Assembly (NCBI GenBank): GCA_051362555.1 | Contig: CM120644.1 | Span: forward strand, 6,952,954-7,016,953 | DNA: 64,000 nt | Source: Lingula anatina | Lineage: Eukaryota > Animalia > Brachiopoda | Direction of reading: 5' to 3' | Shown: positions 38,601-51,119 of the stretch, one piece after another | Position numbering within the stretch: the stretch's first letter is position 1 | Layout of the letters: each line of letters begins with the position of its first letter | Translations under genes and position numbers: made by a program | Notes under the pieces: model-generated | What the model was told of the DNA's origin: nothing | What the model saw: only the letters and a program-made list of their open reading frames with translations | The model's database searches: none

Positions 38601-38678
38601 ATATTAATTATATTAGTAACAAAACTGACTCTGCATTAATTGGTGACACTGTTTTTTTTAGCTTAAAATTGCGACAAC

Positions 38679-38879
38679 ATGCCGCCAACTAAGAAGCGCC
38701 GAACTGAATCATCAGCAGATTACGTCAGTTACCTGAAAGACAAGTCGGCCTTCGAGAAAGAACGCTTTGAATTAGAAAACAAAGAGCGAGAAAATAAAAT
38801 TGAAAAAGACAAACACATGATGGAGATGGTTATATATATATGTCTTTGGTTAAAAAGAAAAACTGAATTGACATACTAG
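38679..38879 (+). CDS. Short convergent ORF in the transposon, probable C-terminal remnant of the accessory protein (repeated at 41329-41529 and 43979-44179)
   Basis: MPPTKKRRT (NLS-like) is followed by a charged helical segment. It is preceded by an acceptor TTTTTTTAG (38661) and an upstream donor CAG|GTAAGT (38418), and followed by AATAAA at about 38955. No Myb/SANT motif is visible. Confidence 0.45.
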   Translation: MPPTKKRRTESSADYVSYLKDKSAFEKERFELENKERENKIEKDKHMMEMVIYICLWLKRKTELTY

Positions 38880-39029
38880 GCTCTTGCTGCCTACAACATA
38901 CACATGGGATGAATCTATGTTAAAACAGTAGTTTTTTCTTCAAGATTTCATTTAAATAAAGTTTGTTGCTGTATGAATTTTAGATTTTACTCTTTAATTT
39001 TTCATACGCACAATTTACACGTGTACAGT

Positions 39030-40082
39030 TCATGCTAAATAGTTCTCCAAGGTGGGAGGATCTAGTTGAAAGTACCGACTGGTCTGATTGCCATACACAC
39101 AGGTATGGCAGTTGACCAGAAGACCACCTACCAAGTAGTACTTAGCTACAGGAGACAACAGAACTTTTAAATTCTTTCGAAAGTCCAGGAAGGCAAAGTT
39201 TCGCAATAAGTTTCCGAACTCCCACTCGACGCATTCCCGGACAGATGACATTCTCCTATTGAATTCTTCTTCTTCGGCACTCAAATTTGCTCCTCTGAAG
39301 GGACTCAACAGGTACCTTCTAATGGGGTAAGCCGGATCTCCATAAATTGCGTATGGAAGACCATTCCTATCAGTAAGCTCTCTAGCTTCCATTTGTTCCA
39401 TCAATCCACTCGAACGAAGCAGAGCACAGTCATGTCTTCGCCCTTCTAGAGGACCATAAAGATGCGTAATCAACCCGCTAGGTATCACTACTGATTGAAA
39501 TTTCAATGCGTGGATGCGCTTGTGTCCATTGTAACATACACGTTGATGGCGTGTTGGCCTGCTTATAGGACGAACCGTGCCATCCACAAAACCTATGCAG
39601 TTCTGCAGCGGCGCACCCTTCTCATGTATTTTATCAGCATAAATTTGAAGTTTTGCAGGACCCAACCACGGATTATCCAGTGTATCCAAACGATGATGAT
39701 GACTGTCATAGAGTAGACCAACAGTGTGATTGATGATCACGGATAAGGTCGTTGCAGGTCGACCAAAAAATCTTTCCAAATCACTCAGTCGATTTGGGTA
39801 CGAAAATCTCCTTAAAACCATACATAAGGCATCAAGTCCGCTGCACCTGCATCTGTTACTTACAGTTATCATGTCAGGAAGTCCTAATAACGTTACCAAG
39901 CGATATACATCTTCCTTTTCAAAGCGAAAGTTGTTCAAACACTGATCGTTAGTAAGGGTACCCAAATTAAAACTTGGCCATTCAGGGTCATAGGTTATCA
40001 GCCTTTTCTGAGGTCTATCGCGAAGGAGAGCGTATATCAACTCCTCATCATCGCCTTGAACTGCCATTTGAAGGAGGTCCAT
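39030..40082 (-). CDS. Harbinger/HARBI1-family DDE transposase (DDE_Tnp_4-like), 350 aa
   Basis: Intact ORF with NFRFEKED, CIGFVDGT, YNGHKRIHALKFQSV, GRRHD, YGDPAY and RECVEWEFG motifs. Confidence 0.93.
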   Translation of the reverse strand: MDLLQMAVQGDDEELIYALLRDRPQKRLITYDPEWPSFNLGTLTNDQCLNNFRFEKEDVYRLVTLLGLPDMITVSNRCRCSGLDALCMVLRRFSYPNRLSDLERFFGRPATTLSVIINHTVGLLYDSHHHRLDTLDNPWLGPAKLQIYADKIHEKGAPLQNCIGFVDGTVRPISRPTRHQRVCYNGHKRIHALKFQSVVIPSGLITHLYGPLEGRRHDCALLRSSGLMEQMEARELTDRNGLPYAIYGDPAYPIRRYLLSPFRGANLSAEEEEFNRRMSSVRECVEWEFGNLLRNFAFLDFRKNLKVLLSPVAKYYLVGGLLVNCHTCVYGNQTSRYFQLDPPTLENYLA

Positions 40083-40585
40083 GCTGAGGTGTGTGTAGTT
40101 TTAATAACAGATAGACCCCGAGTCAGCGAGGGTATGTGACATCCACGAGTGCGTAGCACGAGTGGATGTCACATAACCCCCGCTGACGAGGGGTCTATCT
40201 TATTTAGACCACGGTCCATGAACGGGTTATAACGCATTCATGCGAGACGTGCGGTTATGCGAGTTACACCACGTCCGAGTCTTTTGTTCTTCACTTACAC
40301 CGTGGTCTAAAGTGTGTTTACCCCTTTAATGTTTATCATGCCTATTCGTTCATCACCCGCGTGCAGCAAAAATTACCTAACCTGTCCAGTGGCGTATGAC
40401 CTCATTTAACGTCTCTGCTTACAGCACGGGGAACATGTATCAGCCTACTATACAATTCGACTATCCGTAAAGGCTAACCGGGTCTTTCTGCGAAATCACG
40501 AAAAAATAAACGTTGGTCACTTTATGGTTACGGATAGCTAAATGTAGTCGGTCGCTTAAACGTACAGTTGCGAAAGCTCTCTATT

Positions 40586-43232
40586 AGAGAGCTTTCGCAC
40601 CTGCACGTTTAGGCGAACGACTACGTTTAGGTCATCATAATTTGCTGTCTAGTGACGTGTACACATACGGTTAGAGAGAACATTATCCGCAGCTAGATTG
40701 CTACCCGTCAATGAAAAACGGTTTGACAAATCAGCATAATTTCATGAAATCAAGCCTTTCAAAGTTGACCGTTTCTATACTAAAATCGCATTGGACATTT
40801 TATTTTTGCAGTATATGTGAAACATTTTGTCTCTGTTATTTGTGTCTATGTTTTTGTTACTATTGAAATATAGGTTATACCCGTAAAAAAGGCATTTTCC
40901 ACTGACCACAAGGTAGTCAGAACTGGCCTTCCGCACGCGTGACGGATTGTATTATAAGACTGTTAGGTCATCATCTTGTGAGCAGTTTTTACGAGTACAC
41001 ATGCCTTTATAAGTGGTCTATAGACTAGCCGTCTGCACTTGACGCGTAACAAGCAGGATATCCGTCAGGTAAGTGCCGTTTAGTAAGACACTACTAGTAG
41101 CTCGATTTTCTCCATAGTTGATAGGAGACATATATCCTAGACTTTTAATGCAAATTTTATGAAGCCTTGTTTCGAAAGTCACACGGCGTCCTATTTTGTG
41201 TATTTGAATGAATCTGTACTCTGAAATTTTGGGATGAGAAGCATTGATTAATATTAATTATATTAGTAACAAAACTGACTCTGCATTAATTGGTGACACT
41301 GTTTTTTTTAGCTTAAAATTGCGACAACATGCCGCCAACTAAGAAGCGCCGAACTGAATCATCAGCAGATTACGTCAGTTACCTGAAAGACAAGTCGGCC
41401 TTCGAGAAAGAACGCTTTGAATTAGAAAACAAAGAGCGAGAAAATAAAATTGAAAAAGACAAACACATGATGGAGATGGTTATATATATATGTCTTTGGT
41501 TAAAAAGAAAAACTGAATTGACATACTAGGCTCTTGCTGCCTACAACATACACATGGGATGAATCTATGTTAAAACAGTAGTTTTTTCTTCAAGATTTCA
41601 TTTAAATAAAGTTTGTTGCTGTATGAATTTTAGATTTTACTCTTTAATTTTTCATACGCACAATTTACACGTGTACAGTTCATGCTAAATAGTTCTCCAA
41701 GGTGGGAGGATCTAGTTGAAAGTACCGACTGGTCTGATTGCCATACACACAGGTATGGCAGTTGACCAGAAGACCACCTACCAAGTAGTACTTAGCTACA
41801 GGAGACAACAGAACTTTTAAATTCTTTCGAAAGTCCAGGAAGGCAAAGTTTCGCAATAAGTTTCCGAACTCCCACTCGACGCATTCCCGGACAGATGACA
41901 TTCTCCTATTGAATTCTTCTTCTTCGGCACTCAAATTTGCTCCTCTGAAGGGACTCAACAGGTACCTTCTAATGGGGTAAGCCGGATCTCCATAAATTGC
42001 GTATGGAAGACCATTCCTATCAGTAAGCTCTCTAGCTTCCATTTGTTCCATCAATCCACTCGAACGAAGCAGAGCACAGTCATGTCTTCGCCCTTCTAGA
42101 GGACCATAAAGATGCGTAATCAACCCGCTAGGTATCACTACTGATTGAAATTTCAATGCGTGGATGCGCTTGTGTCCATTGTAACATACACGTTGATGGC
42201 GTGTTGGCCTGCTTATAGGACGAACCGTGCCATCCACAAAACCTATGCAGTTCTGCAGCGGCGCACCCTTCTCATGTATTTTATCAGCATAAATTTGAAG
42301 TTGTGCAGGACCCAACCACGGATTATCCAGTGTATCCAAACGATGATGATGACTGTCATAGAGTAGACCAACAGTGTGATTGATGATCACGGATAAGGTC
42401 GTTGCAGGTCGACCAAAAAATCTTTCCAAATCACTCAGTCGATTTGGGTACGAAAATCTCCTTAAAACCATACATAAGGCATCAAGTCCGCTGCACCTGC
42501 ATCTGTTACTTACAGTTATCATGTCAGGAAGTCCTAATAACGTTACCAAGCGATATACATCTTCCTTTTCAAAGCGAAAGTTGTTCAAACACTGATCGTT
42601 AGTAAGGGTACCCAAATTAAAACTTGGCCATTCAGGGTCATAGGTTATCAGCCTTTTCTGAGGTCTATCGCGAAGGAGAGCGTATATCAACTCCTCATCA
42701 TCGCCTTGAACTGCCATTTGAAGGAGGTCCATGCTGAGGTGTGTGTAGTTTTAATAACAGATAGACCCCGAGTCAGCGAGGGTATGTGACATCCACGAGT
42801 GCGTAGCACGAGTGGATGTCACATAACCCCCGCTGACGAGGGGTCTATCTTATTTAGACCACGGTCCATGAACGGGTTATAACGCATTCATGCGAGACGT
42901 GCGGTTATGCGAGTTACACCACGTCCGAGTCTTTTGTTCTTCACTTACACCGTGGTCTAAAGTGTGTTTACCCCTTTAATGTTTATCATGCCTATTCGTT
43001 CATCACCCGCGTGCAGCAAAAATTACCTAACCTGTCCAGTGGCGTATGACCTCATTTAACGTCTCTGCTTACAGCACGGGGAACATGTATCAGCCTACTA
43101 TACAATTCGACTATCCGTAAAGGCTAACCGGGTCTTTCTGCGAAATCACGAAAAAATAAACGTTGGTCACTTTATGGTTACGGATAGCTAAATGTAGTCG
43201 GTCGCTTAAACGTACAGTTGCGAAAGCTCTCT
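40586..43232 (-). mobile_element. PIF/Harbinger-type DNA transposon, tandem unit 2
   Basis: Same sequence as unit 1 at a 2650-bp offset; separated from its neighbours by ATT. Confidence 0.95.
41680..42732 (-). CDS. Harbinger/HARBI1-family DDE transposase, copy 2
   Basis: Identical to copy 1 except K to Q in GPA(K/Q)LQ. Confidence 0.93.
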   Translation of the reverse strand: MDLLQMAVQGDDEELIYALLRDRPQKRLITYDPEWPSFNLGTLTNDQCLNNFRFEKEDVYRLVTLLGLPDMITVSNRCRCSGLDALCMVLRRFSYPNRLSDLERFFGRPATTLSVIINHTVGLLYDSHHHRLDTLDNPWLGPAQLQIYADKIHEKGAPLQNCIGFVDGTVRPISRPTRHQRVCYNGHKRIHALKFQSVVIPSGLITHLYGPLEGRRHDCALLRSSGLMEQMEARELTDRNGLPYAIYGDPAYPIRRYLLSPFRGANLSAEEEEFNRRMSSVRECVEWEFGNLLRNFAFLDFRKNLKVLLSPVAKYYLVGGLLVNCHTCVYGNQTSRYFQLDPPTLENYLA

Positions 43233-43235
43233 ATT

Positions 43236-45882
43236 AGAGAGCTTTCGCACCTGCACGTTTAGGCGAACGACTACGTTTAGGTCATCATAATTTGCTGTCT
43301 AGTGACGTGTACACATACGGTTAGAGAGAACATTATCCGCAGCTAGATTGCTACCCGTCAATGAAAAACGGTTTGACAAATCAGCATAATTTCATGAAAT
43401 CAAGCCTTTCAAAGTTGACCGTTTCTATACTAAAATCGCATTGGACATTTTATTTTTGCAGTATATGTGAAACATTTTGTCTCTGTTATTTGTGTCTATG
43501 TTTTTGTTACTATTGAAATATAGGTTATACCCGTAAAAAAGGCATTTTCCACTGACCACAAGGTAGTCAGAACTGGCCTTCCGCACGCGTGACGGATTGT
43601 ATTATAAGACTGTTAGGTCATCATCTTGTGAGCAGTTTTTACGAGTACACATGCCTTTATAAGTGGTCTATAGACTAGCCGTCTGCACTTGACGCGTAAC
43701 AAGCAGGATATCCGTCAGGTAAGTGCCGTTTAGTAAGACACTACTAGTAGCTCGATTTTCTCCATAGTTGATAGGAGACATATATCCTAGACTTTTAATG
43801 CAAATTTTATGAAGCCTTGTTTCGAAAGTCACACGGCGTCCTATTTTGTGTATTTGAATGAATCTGTACTCTGAAATTTTGGGATGAGAAGCATTGATTA
43901 ATATTAATTATATTAGTAACAAAACTGACTCTGCATTAATTGGTGACACTGTTTTTTTTAGCTTAAAATTGCGACAACATGCCGCCAACTAAGAAGCGCC
44001 GAACTGAATCATCAGCAGATTACGTCAGTTACCTGAAAGACAAGTCGGCCTTCGAGAAAGAACGCTTTGAATTAGAAAACAAAGAGCGAGAAAATAAAAT
44101 TGAAAAAGACAAACACATGATGGAGATGGTTATATATATATGTCTTTGGTTAAAAAGAAAAACTGAATTGACATACTAGGCTCTTGCTGCCTACAACATA
44201 CACATGGGATGAATCTATGTTAAAACAGTAGTTTTTTCTTCAAGATTTCATTTAAATAAAGTTTGTTGCTGTATGAATTTTAGATTTTACTCTTTAATTT
44301 TTCATACGCACAATTTACACGTGTACAGTTCATGCTAAATAGTTCTCCAAGGTGGGAGGATCTAGTTGAAAGTACCGACTGGTCTGATTGCCATACACAC
44401 AGGTATGGCAGTTGACCAGAAGACCACCTACCAAGTAGTACTTAGCTACAGGAGACAACAGAACTTTTAAATTCTTTCGAAAGTCCAGGAAGGCAAAGTT
44501 TCGCAATAAGTTTCCGAACTCCCACTCGACGCATTCCCGGACAGATGACATTCTCCTATTGAATTCTTCTTCTTCGGCACTCAAATTTGCTCCTCTGAAG
44601 GGACTCAACAGGTACCTTCTAATGGGGTAAGCCGGATCTCCATAAATTGCGTATGGAAGACCATTCCTATCAGTAAGCTCTCTAGCTTCCATTTGTTCCA
44701 TCAATCCACTCGAACGAAGCAGAGCACAGTCATGTCTTCGCCCTTCTAGAGGACCATAAAGATGCGTAATCAACCCGCTAGGTATCACTACTGATTGAAA
44801 TTTCAATGCGTGGATGCGCTTGTGTCCATTGTAACATACACGTTGATGGCGTGTTGGCCTGCTTATAGGACGAACCGTGCCATCCACAAAACCTATGCAG
44901 TTCTGCAGCGGCGCACCCTTCTCATGTATTTTATCAGCATAAATTTGAAGTTGTGCAGGACCCAACCACGGATTATCCAGTGTATCCAAACGATGATGAT
45001 GACTGTCATAGAGTAGACCAACAGTGTGATTGATGATCACGGATAAGGTCGTTGCAGGTCGACCAAAAAATCTTTCCAAATCACTCAGTCGATTTGGGTA
45101 CGAAAATCTCCTTAAAACCATACATAAGGCATCAAGTCCGCTGCACCTGCATCTGTTACTTACAGTTATCATGTCAGGAAGTCCTAATAACGTTACCAAG
45201 CGATATACATCTTCCTTTTCAAAGCGAAAGTTGTTCAAACACTGATCGTTAGTAAGGGTACCCAAATTAAAACTTGGCCATTCAGGGTCATAGGTTATCA
45301 GCCTTTTCTGAGGTCTATCGCGAAGGAGAGCGTATATCAACTCCTCATCATCGCCTTGAACTGCCATTTGAAGGAGGTCCATGCTGAGGTGTGTGTAGTT
45401 TTAATAACAGATAGACCCCGAGTCAGCGAGGGTATGTGACATCCACGAGTGCGTAGCACGAGTGGATGTCACATAACCCCCGCTGACGAGGGGTCTATCT
45501 TATTTAGACCACGGTCCATGAACGGGTTATAACGCATTCATGCGAGACGTGCGGTTATGCGAGTTACACCACGTCCGAGTCTTTTGTTCTTCACTTACAC
45601 CGTGGTCTAAAGTGTGTTTACCCCTTTAATGTTTATCATGCCTATTCGTTCATCACCCGCGTGCAGCAAAAATTACCTAACCTGTCCAGTGGCGTATGAC
45701 CTCATTTAACGTCTCTGCTTACAGCACGGGGAACATGTATCAGCCTACTATACAATTCGACTATCCGTAAAGGCTAACCGGGTCTTTCTGCGAAATCACG
45801 AAAAAATAAACGTTGGTCACTTTATGGTTACGGATAGCTAAATGTAGTCGGTCGCTTAAACGTACAGTTGCGAAAGCTCTCT
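43236..45882 (-). mobile_element. PIF/Harbinger-type DNA transposon, tandem unit 3
   Basis: Same sequence again; followed by ATT and the resumed host Death-domain exon (AGCGCACGG). Confidence 0.95.
44330..45382 (-). CDS. Harbinger/HARBI1-family DDE transposase, copy 3
   Basis: Protein identical to copy 2. Confidence 0.93.
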   Translation of the reverse strand: MDLLQMAVQGDDEELIYALLRDRPQKRLITYDPEWPSFNLGTLTNDQCLNNFRFEKEDVYRLVTLLGLPDMITVSNRCRCSGLDALCMVLRRFSYPNRLSDLERFFGRPATTLSVIINHTVGLLYDSHHHRLDTLDNPWLGPAQLQIYADKIHEKGAPLQNCIGFVDGTVRPISRPTRHQRVCYNGHKRIHALKFQSVVIPSGLITHLYGPLEGRRHDCALLRSSGLMEQMEARELTDRNGLPYAIYGDPAYPIRRYLLSPFRGANLSAEEEEFNRRMSSVRECVEWEFGNLLRNFAFLDFRKNLKVLLSPVAKYYLVGGLLVNCHTCVYGNQTSRYFQLDPPTLENYLA

Positions 45883-48800
45883 ATTAGCGCACGGAGGAGC
45901 AGAACCTGTGTGGGCTGTCCTTGAGAAGTGGGCTGAACGGGGAGAACCTAAAAAGGAGGGTCTATTACAAGCTGGTAAAAACATTGGACAGGAAGCTATT
46001 TTAGGTTATTACTATAGTGTGTTAATACACACTCTACCGAGGTATTATCCATTACCCTACAGCCTCTTTTATAAGCACAACAGTAAGAATTTGCCATGCA
46101 ATGTTGTCACTTTTGAATTGTTTTTTTAATAAGTCATCGCAGGCGAATAGATATTCACCCCTTTCGCTAAAATGTTCTCCCTGTGCGCCTCTAAAAGACC
46201 CTCACAAATGTTCTAGTGTCGTGTGTGGAGAAGACTGTCTTTGATTCATTCGTTTATGTTGTCAAGGTCCTCCCATGGCTGATCACCATCGTGATTTGCT
46301 CCAAACCCTTCACCTATATCTACACAAACAGATGATGAATGTCAAACTGCTCTAGCCTTAGCTTAGAGGAGACAAACTTCTAACAAGCTTTCAGATCGGC
46401 TTTGTGCATGCTTTGGAAGAAAGTGGTCAGAAGCATATTGCCAAGGCATTAATTTAAGAGGTACGTGACTAATATACTTGTAACACATTCTTGCTGTGCT
46501 TTTAAATCAAATTTTCTACTTATCTATCATTAATAAATTATATTTCAACAGAATAGGTAAAATAATATAGGTATAAAACAATAATTTGATAGTCCATAAA
46601 GGTCCATAATAACGGCCTTTCCATACCCTGTTTGCTTGTATTATGAGTGTAATGTAAGTCCTATAACCACTGTTGTATGGATATAAATGATCGATATTGA
46701 ATAGGATTTTTCCATCGTATTTATTTTCAGATGCCAAGTCTATGGATCCCTCCGTTTTGAAAAGTGTGGAGATGAAAGGGGAAACAAAGCCCAAAGAACT
46801 GTCTGAAGAGACCGCTGTCAGAGAGATAGAGGAAGGTACGTCACTTTTCATACAATAATGTAGAATCACCTAGTAGAAAAATAATGATAAGTTTTTTTGT
46901 GTATAGTCCAATGACTGACAAGAGTGTCTCATATAGGGCAAATGTCGACCATCATTTTGATTGACCATACGAATGCATTTTAAAATTAGGGGGATGGATC
47001 TGAAAGCGTTATTTCATAGTAATTTCATAGAGATAAAGGAAATATGTGGCTTTTCCTGTTGGAAAAACTTGGAGGGAACACATCCACGTGCACTCTCTTT
47101 TAATCCTCTAAAGTGCATGACTCTTCATGGCTTAAGATAAGCATTTTCACAACATGTGTAAATCTTGTTTCGATCTCGTATCTTAAAGTAACTTTCTCCT
47201 GTAGATGATGCCTCCTGCGATCTGCAAGCTTTTACAACCAAAAGCGACGATCAACGAATATCCGATATACTACTTTTTGTAAAACAAATCGACTCCAGAA
47301 CCGGCAGGATTGAAGAATATGTAGACGAAAGGATGACATTCGAAGGCAAACTTTAAACGACGGTGAAACCTAAAACTAATTGTGTAGAACTATTGTGTAA
47401 AATATTGGATGGTAATATCAGAAAAATATAAGTAGTTATAGACAAAAGAATCTTCACAAGTTTAAAACCAATTGACTTTTCATGTAGGGTACATCTTTTT
47501 AATTTAAGTCATCTTCTAGTGAATGTAAATAAATGATATACTGGTGGTACACTGAGCCACCGATATTTGGAGAGCAATACTTATTTCTGTCGATATTTAT
47601 TTATACTTAATTGTATTCCACTGTACTCGTCTGAATTGCAGAAACGAATGTTTGCTATTCAATTGTGTTTGATCGTATGGAAATCAATATGCCAGGTATT
47701 TCTTGACAATGATATTAACTACTATCGAGCGAGAAAAATACAAAAGTGAACAAAAGTAACAAACCAAGCGCGTAACAGGAATTTTATGAGGAATTGGGTA
47801 TTTTGTTGATTAATGGAAACAATTCATTGGTGTACCGCATTGATTTTGACATTTCAATTGTATAGGTTCCTCTTATTTGATCTTACAAATATATATAAAA
47901 ACAAGGTTCTCATTCTAAAAAATATTCATCTCGTAGTGATAACAAAGTATTTTATGTGCACTTTCAACCCTCATTTTATGTGTAATCTCTGCGAGGGTGC
48001 AGCTCACAGATACCGACACCGTTGTTGACTGTCTCCATTCTTGAATGTATCGGATTTGCTATTTTTGAGGTTTTTACAACAATATGTAGAGATATGTGAA
48101 AAGATGTTGTACCAAAATCTTAACTTAAAAATGAAAATGTATTTTATCTGGACTGTTCTCTACAAATTAATAATAACGTGCTCTATGTATAGGCTGGTAA
48201 AAACGTTATAGGGTCTTGTTTACAATTGGTTTCAGGATTTTTAAAAGTGTGCAAATTTACGTATCATTCATCAAACACTTTGGTATAATGCTATTCACTT
48301 TTGTTTACAATTAAAGAAAATTGTTAAATATATAAATATATTTGTGCTTAAAATGGCAAGGTAGTTTATTCATGTCCTTGAATCCCTGTTTGATTAAAGG
48401 AGACGCAAACTATTTTCTTTGTTGTGTTTATGATTTCATCAACTGTGTAATATACTCTGTAATAAAGCGATTTTCCCGATCAGTAAAAACTGAAGTCACA
48501 GTTACTGCACTGTATATTACACTTTCTGTTAATTACCTTCTGTATGCAATGAGAATACAGACGTCTAAATATTAGATCCTGTTTACTTCGAATGGTGCAT
48601 TTTTGTATCATACTTAACGCTATTCGAACAAAATACAAAAGCGAATAAAAGTAACACAAAGCAAGCGAATAACAGGAATTCTTCGAGGTTTATATACTGG
48701 GTATTTTGTTGTGGAAACAATTGATCGGTGCTCCATACAGATTCTGAAATTTGCAGTTATGTGTTCTCCATCCTTAATGTAATTTTTGTTCCTGCCGCAT

Positions 48801-51119
48801 TCCAACAAATATATACTCAATTCATAATTTCCCTCTCGTATAATAACAAACTAAAAATACTGTCTGCACTGGCAAAACGGGATGGGAGCCCTAAAAACTT
48901 ATCAGAAGCAAAATTTACGAATGTGCTGCTGAAATTTAGATAACGGAAAATAATTTATAACTCTAAAAGACCCGCTTTACAGTTTCCAATTATAAGTTGG
49001 AGTAATCTAAGAACTGGTGTTTACAAACTGGCTTTTAGATTTTTAGAGACTGTATGTGCATTTGTTAAAAAAAAACTAAAACCAATGCACACAATAATTT
49101 GGAAAAGCTAACTATCAAATGAAAACACTTCAGTCTATTCAAAGTCAAATGCATGCCCCTTTCGTACAACTCACAAGTCTGATCATATTACACCAGTTCT
49201 CAGCGGGCCTCATTGATTAACAGTATCTGTCAGAATAATTTACAAAATATATATGCTCTTTACTTTAAAAGTGTAAAGGGCAACTGTGCATTTCACCCGA
49301 ACAATGTAAAACAACTTGCAAATCCCATTAAAACACATAGATCCAGTGGACGAGTTTATCTAAAGCGAAATGATACAGAGAAAGACTCATAACCTATGGT
49401 CTCAGGAGTTTTGATACTGCAGCAACGGCTTTATGGTCTAATTTATTAACAAATCGAATTTCTCTAAATGGCTCCTATCATGGTTTTGAAAGAAATCAAA
49501 CGCCTCTTTAGTTGAAGAATATTTGGATTAAAGGGTTTCGAACAGACCGTCAGCAGGGGCGGCTCCAGGATTTTTAAGGGTGTGAGGGGATCTGCGGACG
49601 CCAAGCTTGTTTTAGAACTATAATTCAGCTAGCCAAAATTATAATTTAAGAGGATATCGTTGGTGTCTTTTTCGGAAATCGTAGTGTGGGGAGGGGGTTG
49701 ATGTTCCTCTGACCCCCCCCCCCCCTAATATGTCACTGGTCAGAATGGCTGGAACGAAGCACATACCTCAGAAAACATGCCTAACTAATGGTTTCTATAT
49801 CAAAATATACAAATGTAAATATCGAGCTTTTTAAATGCATCCTGTTTTGTTATGTCTGGAAGTTATTGAGCTACGTGACCACGTGGTTGAGTGACGTCAA
49901 AAAGCCACAGTGAGGAGAGACAACATGTTTAACTGTGCAACTGAGTTGTCATTATCTACTAAGTCGATTTTCAAAAATCCCGTTAAGACCCCATACCCAT
50001 TAAGTTTTACTTCAGACGTTCAAATCTTCGTGAAGACATTGAAGTCAATTTCATGTCTATTTCTACTATCCCCACTAGTATAAACAGAGATTCTCAATAT
50101 ATAGATCCATTTGAAAAGATAAGTGAGATATGAATTTGAAGATACACTCGCCAGTTCTCCTTTTTCTAAAACTCTGGTGACAAAAAGTGATAAATCTAGT
50201 TTTAATCTAAGTCTTTATATTCAGTAACGAACGTTTGAGTAACGAATGCTTTCAGAAAAAAAACAATAACGCCTTTATACAATACGCGCACTTTGTATTT
50301 ACATTAAAGGGGTATTGCGAGATGCAGGTATATTTTATTGATAAATTTATCTGTACGTCCACGATACTGGGTAACAAGATTGGGACATGGGCATCAAATC
50401 ATCGATCTTGTGAGCACGCTTTCCGATAAGAATGTGCACTTCATCTTGCTTCATATTCATTAATATATATTACGGAAAATGTAACATCAAACAAATATAA
50501 AATTTATCGCTCACATGAAATCGTCTCTCTGGCACACGCTTTCCGCTGAGAATACGCACATTTTTTTTTTTGCTTTATATTGTTTTAATTTGGAAAATGT
50601 AACATTAAAAACATATTAACATAATTAGGGAAGAATACATTTAACTTCACTGCGTTGGGAACACACGATACGATCATGAATCGGTGGTTAAATAGCGATG
50701 GCATGAAATCACTTTTCGTGAGTTACACGCCAAAAAGTGGGAGCCGCTTATACATGTGTGACTGACCTAATACGGCTCGTTTAATATTCATGTGACCGGG
50801 TCATTACGTCATCAGTGGAAATCTCCACAATTTACGCTAGGTCCCTCATCCCAATGAGTTGTTAAGTATGTATAGTTACCAGAGGACATACGCGACACTA
50901 AAACCATTCTTTCCAGGTGTAAATTTACTCTTTGCCCCCCTCACCTTAATAGGCTCATTTGTTTAACGATTATCGATTGCATCGTGCAAACGATTCAGTA
51001 AAACGATGGTAGACAATCATATTCACGTTCATAGTTATTGAACAGTACATTATTCTTTCTAAGTATCCGCTGTTTTCTCACTTCTTTGAAGAAGTAGATT
51101 ACGGAGAAATACGCGCAAC

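Larger units (their letters stand above)
37936..40582 (-). mobile_element. PIF/Harbinger-type DNA transposon, tandem unit 1 (2647 bp)
   Basis: Imperfect TIRs of about 47 bp, terminal 14 bp perfect (AGAGAGCTTTCGCA/TGCGAAAGCTCTCT). Flanked by AAT on the left and ATT on the right. Intact transposase. Confidence 0.95.
35645..47356 (+). pseudogene. Paralog 4: pseudogene, exons 2-7, Death-domain exon split by the transposon trimer
   Basis: The exon 2 remnant (to 36572) has stops and frameshifts. The exon 3 donor is mutated (AG|AT at 37735). Exon 4 halves are 37874-37932 and 45883-46004, with an extra 14-nt deletion. The CARD exon (46267-46460) has two TAG stops and an internal deletion. Exon 6 is 46731-46835 and exon 7 is 47205-47356. 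Confidence 0.85.

Noticed and set aside
39495-39952. Short + strand ORFs inside each transposon unit
   Set aside because: Antisense shadows of the transposase ORF with no recognisable motifs.
39030-40082. Possible domesticated host gene HARBI1
   Set aside because: The ORF lies between TIRs, is triplicated and interrupts a host exon, so it is a mobile transposase; no gene symbol assigned.
47560-50650. Several 60-77 aa ORFs and short local duplications (e.g. 47735-47830 vs 48625-48720)
   Set aside because: No coding motifs or splice-consistent structure; appears to be decayed duplicated intergenic DNA.
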